This document shows, one piece after another, positions 59,621 through 64,000 of a stretch of DNA of 64,000 nucleotides. The notes below the pieces were generated by a model. It was not told the DNA's origin, ran no database searches, and saw only the letters and a program-made list of their open reading frames with translations. The DNA comes from Eledone cirrhosa. Its lineage: Eukaryota. Where the stretch lies: contig OZ024746.1 in NCBI GenBank assembly GCA_964016885.1, positions 10,602,001-10,666,000 on the forward strand, in the 5' to 3' direction. The first letter of the stretch is position 1; each line of letters opens with the position of its first letter. Position numbers and translations under genes: made by a program.

Positions 59621-59938
59621 GCGTTGTGAGTGAAATGAAAAGGCTCAGAAGAGGAACCGAAACGGTGTCGCGGAATTGTGAAGCTGAGAACTGAGGAAGA
59701 ACTTGGTACGTAAGAGTAGTCGGTTGTGTTGTTAGCAATGACTTATGACGAAGCAAGAGACTGGTTGGTGGCAGTAAGTTCTCAATTATTGATGTGGAAG
59801 TTATTGGATTGGTACATAGATCAATTATTGTGCTCCCCCCACCTCCTCCCCCCACCCCCCGCGTCCACCATCTCACTCGGTCACATTTCCTCTCTATCTC
59901 ATTTCTTTGGGCTTATATCCAATAATAATGGTTGAAAT

Positions 59939-60042
<104 letters not shown>

Positions 60043-60123
60043 ATATATATATGTATATATATATATTTGTATATATAAATGAAAAGTATAGAAATTGTTG
60101 TAGCGAGAAGCTATATTTGTATA

Positions 60124-60173
<50 letters not shown>

Positions 60174-60203
60174 CGTACACGCACTCAAAGGCACACACCT
60201 ATA

Positions 60204-60255
<52 letters not shown>

Positions 60256-60435
60256 TATAGGTGTGTGCCTTTGAGTGCGTGTACGCGTGTGTATGTATAC
60301 ACATATGTACATACATACAAATAGTAGAGAGAAAGATGTTTGTATATAAATAAATATGTATTAGCCTTTCCAAGTAGAAAATAGATTATGTACTAAGGTT
60401 CAACATACGAACATAAGCACACACACACAAACACA

Positions 60436-60490
<55 letters not shown>

Positions 60491-60949
60491 GTATGAATAT
60501 GTTTATGTATGTAAGTGTGTGTGTATGTATGTACGTATGTATGTGTGTATATGTATAGTTTCTTTGTTCTTAAAAAAGTTAAACCATAATAAAAAGGTAA
60601 GTTATTTGAATATTGAATTAAGTTTTATTTATGTAGTGATATAATTCATTAATAATGCATAAAATACCAACTTGGTAAATATTTACATATGAAATACAAA
60701 CAATAATGGAATTTGATTAAAACTATTTGACCAGACAATGACCCCTAAATGCAAATAACACTCATATTTGTTATAAGCAGCCAAAATATTAGGAAATACA
60801 ATATGTATGATGTGCTTGTAACGTTTATATATTCTTCATTTGTTAGTAAAATATTGTGGTAGGCAAATCTTTTAAGAAAGTTGAGAATTTGTATATTCGT
60901 ATTCGGAATGAAATATTTTAAAAATGCTATGTCAAAATAAGTAAGGCAA

Positions 60950-61370
60950 AGAGTACTGGATTAGCAGAATTAGTAGAGCGTCGGATATAATGTCATTGTA
61001 GTATTTGCTCTGGTTCTTTACATTCTGAGTGCAAATCCCACTTTACCTTTCATTATTCTGTAATCGATAAAGGCGGTGGATTGGCAGTATCGGTAGAGGG
61101 TCTGTCCCCATGCTTTCCAGCATAGTTACGTCCCTTTATGATCTGAGTTCAAATCCCGCCGAGGTTGACTTTGCCTTTCATCCTTACGGGGTCGATAAAA
61201 TAAAGTACCAGTAATGCACTGGGTTATTGCTAGCCTTGTGCCTAAAGTAGAAACAATTATTCTGTAATCGATAAAATAGAACCAGTTAAATACTGGGGTC
61301 GATCTAATCAACTTTGCCTTTCCCCCAAATGTGCTGGTCTTGTGACTGAATTAGAAATCAATTATTAAGT
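60950..61370 (+). mobile_element. Young S1 (61072-61255) nested in an older related SINE
   Basis: 20-bp TSD attattctgtaatcgataaa at 61052-61071 and 61256-61275. Confidence 0.9.
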
Positions 61371-61381
61371 AGGGTAAAGAC

Positions 61382-61412
<31 letters not shown>

Positions 61413-61414
61413 AA

Positions 61415-61444
<30 letters not shown>

Positions 61445-61445
<1 letters not shown>

Positions 61446-61890
61446 AATTTATTATTATAATTTCTCAATCGGTTAGTATAATAACAGTGGTTGATCAGTT
61501 GTTGATTGTCAAAGCTCTTTCGTCACACATTCTGTGACCTCCCCAGTGACTATTTTTTATTACTTTGTATCTTCTCTTTGTTCTGCTTTACACCATCCTG
61601 CTTTTGTATGTGTATATATATACTGCCAAGACTGGAATTGAATCATCAGCACAGTTGAGGTATGTCATGCATCAATTTATATATTTTATCTGATGAGGAC
61701 GTACTGAAAAAACAGCACAATACCTCCGAAATATATATAATAAAATATATTTTGATGACGTTGAATGTCTATATTTATTAATATTTTGAATTAATATTAA
61801 TAACTCCAGAAAACCTTTCCTGTTGAGTGCTTCTAATCTATTGTAAAACTATATTCATTGATTAATCAATGAACCTTGTTTAACTTTTGG

Positions 61891-61893
<3 letters not shown>
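61445..61893. mobile_element. TA-bounded insert with divergent hammerheads
   Basis: Minus gtca-CTGGGGA-g-gtcaca-gaatg-tgtgac-GAAA-gagctt-tgac (61550-61508); plus 11-bp stem I atatattttat-CTGATGA-gga..tcc-GAAA-tatatata-ataaaatatat (61679-61750); ttGAGTGC at 61825. Confidence 0.7.
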
Positions 61894-61936
<43 letters not shown>

Positions 61937-61953
61937 AGGCATGGCTTTCTTTG

Positions 61954-61995
<42 letters not shown>

Positions 61996-62329
61996 CAAAG
62001 AAAGCCATGCCTCAATATATATATATATATATTGGGGTATGGCTTTCTTTAGAATAAGAAGAATCACATATCAGAATAAAAGAACTGCTTCGTAAAAGGG
62101 TAAGGGCAAATGTATTCAAGCCATTATTGACAAAAAATATATATATTTAAACCTGTTTTGCTGTTGTAGTTCTTTGGAACATTGGCTGAGAAAAAGAAAT
62201 ATAGCTAATATATGCAAATTGCATATGGTCTATATGTTAATGCCAGATATTCGAGAAAATATACAACGCTAATTTATAGCTATAGCTTTTTTCTAGTTCC
62301 TCTTGCTTTCTATAGAGAATTAGATATCT

Positions 62330-62735
62330 CCACCTAACACAGTAGAAAACTTTGACACGTGCTAGGTTCTCTTTAACAAACCTGAGTTAGGATTTAACTA
62401 GTCAGCCTCACTTTCGACTTACCCACTGGCCTATATTCGAGAACGGCTCTCATTAGTTTATTCATGGGCATGCGTGACAACGAAGCTATGCATATTCCGC
62501 CGCCGAGCGTTGATAGTATTGTGTAATAGTATTCTAGTAACTTTTCATTGGTGTTGTATAGTGATGGTATTTTGTGATAATGTTCTATGACCTCTTCATT
62601 CCTGATGTGGTCACACCAAATATTCTAAGTATGGTCCCAAGGTAATGTCTGTGGAAGACATTTGTTGTTCTATAGAGTCTGTTGTTCTGTTTTTACGTCT
62701 CTCTAGCATGTTACAGTTAGTTTGACGATTGACAT
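62330..62735 (-). pseudogene. RTE LINE C-terminal relic
   Basis: TILRIF/CDHIRNEEVIE and VLEYRPVGK motifs across frameshifts. Confidence 0.65.
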
Positions 62736-64000
62736 ATACAGACAGGGTATTTTTTGTTTTGGCTGATGGAGGAGTTGGACCATACAGACGGAGTATTTTT
62801 TGTTTTGGCTGATGGAGGAGTTGGACCATACAGACAGGGTATTTTTTGTTTTGGCTGATGGAGGAGTTGGACCATACAGACGGAGTATTTTTTGTCTTGG
62901 CTGACGGAGGAGTTGGACCATACAGACAGGGTATTTTTTGTTTTGGCTGATGGAGGAGTTGGACCATACAGACAGGGTATTTTTTGTTTTGGCTGATGGA
63001 GGAGTTGGACCATACAGACAGGGTATTTTTTGTTTTGGCTGATGGAGGAGTTGGACCATACAGACAGGGTATTTTTTGTTTTGGCTGATGGAGGAGTTGG
63101 ACCATACAGACGGAGTATTTTTTGTCTTGGCTGACGGAGGAGTTGGACCATACAGACAGGGTATTTTTTGTTTTGGCTGATGGAGGAGTTGGACCATACA
63201 GACAGGGTATTTTTTGTTTTGGCTGATGGAGGAGTTGGACCATACAGACGGAGTATTTTTTGTCTTGGCTGACGGAGGAGTTGGACCATACAGACAGGGT
63301 ATTTTTTGTTTTGGCTGATGGAGGAGTTGGACCATACAGACAGGGTATTTTTTGTTTTGGCTGATGGAGGAGTTGGACCATACAGACAGGGTATTTTTTG
63401 TTTTGGCTGATGGAGGAGTTGGACCATACAGACGGAGTATTTTTTGTCTTGGCTGACGGAGGAGTTGGACCATACAGACAGGGTATTTTTTGTTTTGGCT
63501 GATGGAGGAGTTGGACCATACAGACAGGGTATTTTTTGTTTTGGCTGATGGAGGAGTTGGACCATACAGACAGGGTATTTTTTGTTTTGGCTGATGGAGG
63601 AGTTGGACCATACAGACAGGGTATTTTTTGTTTTGGCTGATGGAGGAGTTGGACCATACAGACAGGGTATTTTTTGTTTTGGCTGATGGAGGAGTTGGAC
63701 CATACAGACAGGGTATTTTTTGTTTTGGCTGATGGAGGAGTTGGACCATACAGACAGGGTATTTTTTGTTTTGGTTGATGGAGGAGTTGGACCATACAGA
63801 CAGGGTATTTTTTGTTTTGGCTGATGGAGGAGTTGGACCATACAGACAGGGTATTTTTTGTTTTGGCTGATGGAGGAGTTGGACCATACAGACAGGGTAT
63901 TTTTTGTTTTGGCTGATGGAGGAGTTGGACCATACAGACAGGGTATTTTTTGTTTTGGCTGATGGAGGAGTTGGACCATACAGACAGGGTATTTTTTGTT
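62735..64000. repeat. 46-bp minisatellite, at least 27 units, running off the window
   Basis: catacagacagggtattttttgttttggctgatggaggagttggac with an interspersed variant unit. Confidence 0.98.

Noticed and set aside
62611-63979. Three 394-440 aa ORFs, or a CRISPR-like array
   Set aside because: A 46-bp stop-free tandem unit opens all three frames; there are no unique spacers and no cas genes.

Overview
AT-rich eukaryotic DNA dominated by microsatellites. The repeat style suggests a coleoid cephalopod such as Octopus (inference). I recognise no intact host gene; almost all ORFs in the track are microsatellite translations. Recognisable content: decayed non-LTR retrotransposons (R4/Dong-like RLE elements in (TATG)n, several RTE pieces), a Tc1/mariner relic and MITEs, an internally deleted Helitron, more than 15 tRNA-derived SINE copies and several minisatellites. 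The main signal is a dense set of short (150-450 bp) elements sitting in (TA)n tracts. They carry type-I hammerhead ribozyme (HHR) motifs (CUGANGA...GAAA), roughly 20 complete or half motifs from at least 8 sequence families. Many copies have a copy-specific fold-back inverted arm, some centred on HHR stem II, and share a GAGTRC-like motif about 45-70 nt from the 3' end. Some carry two different HHRs on opposite strands, and one is a partial tandem of a 316-nt unit (retrozyme-like). They look like non-autonomous Penelope-like (PLE) derivatives. All calls are by eye; nothing was folded or searched computationally.
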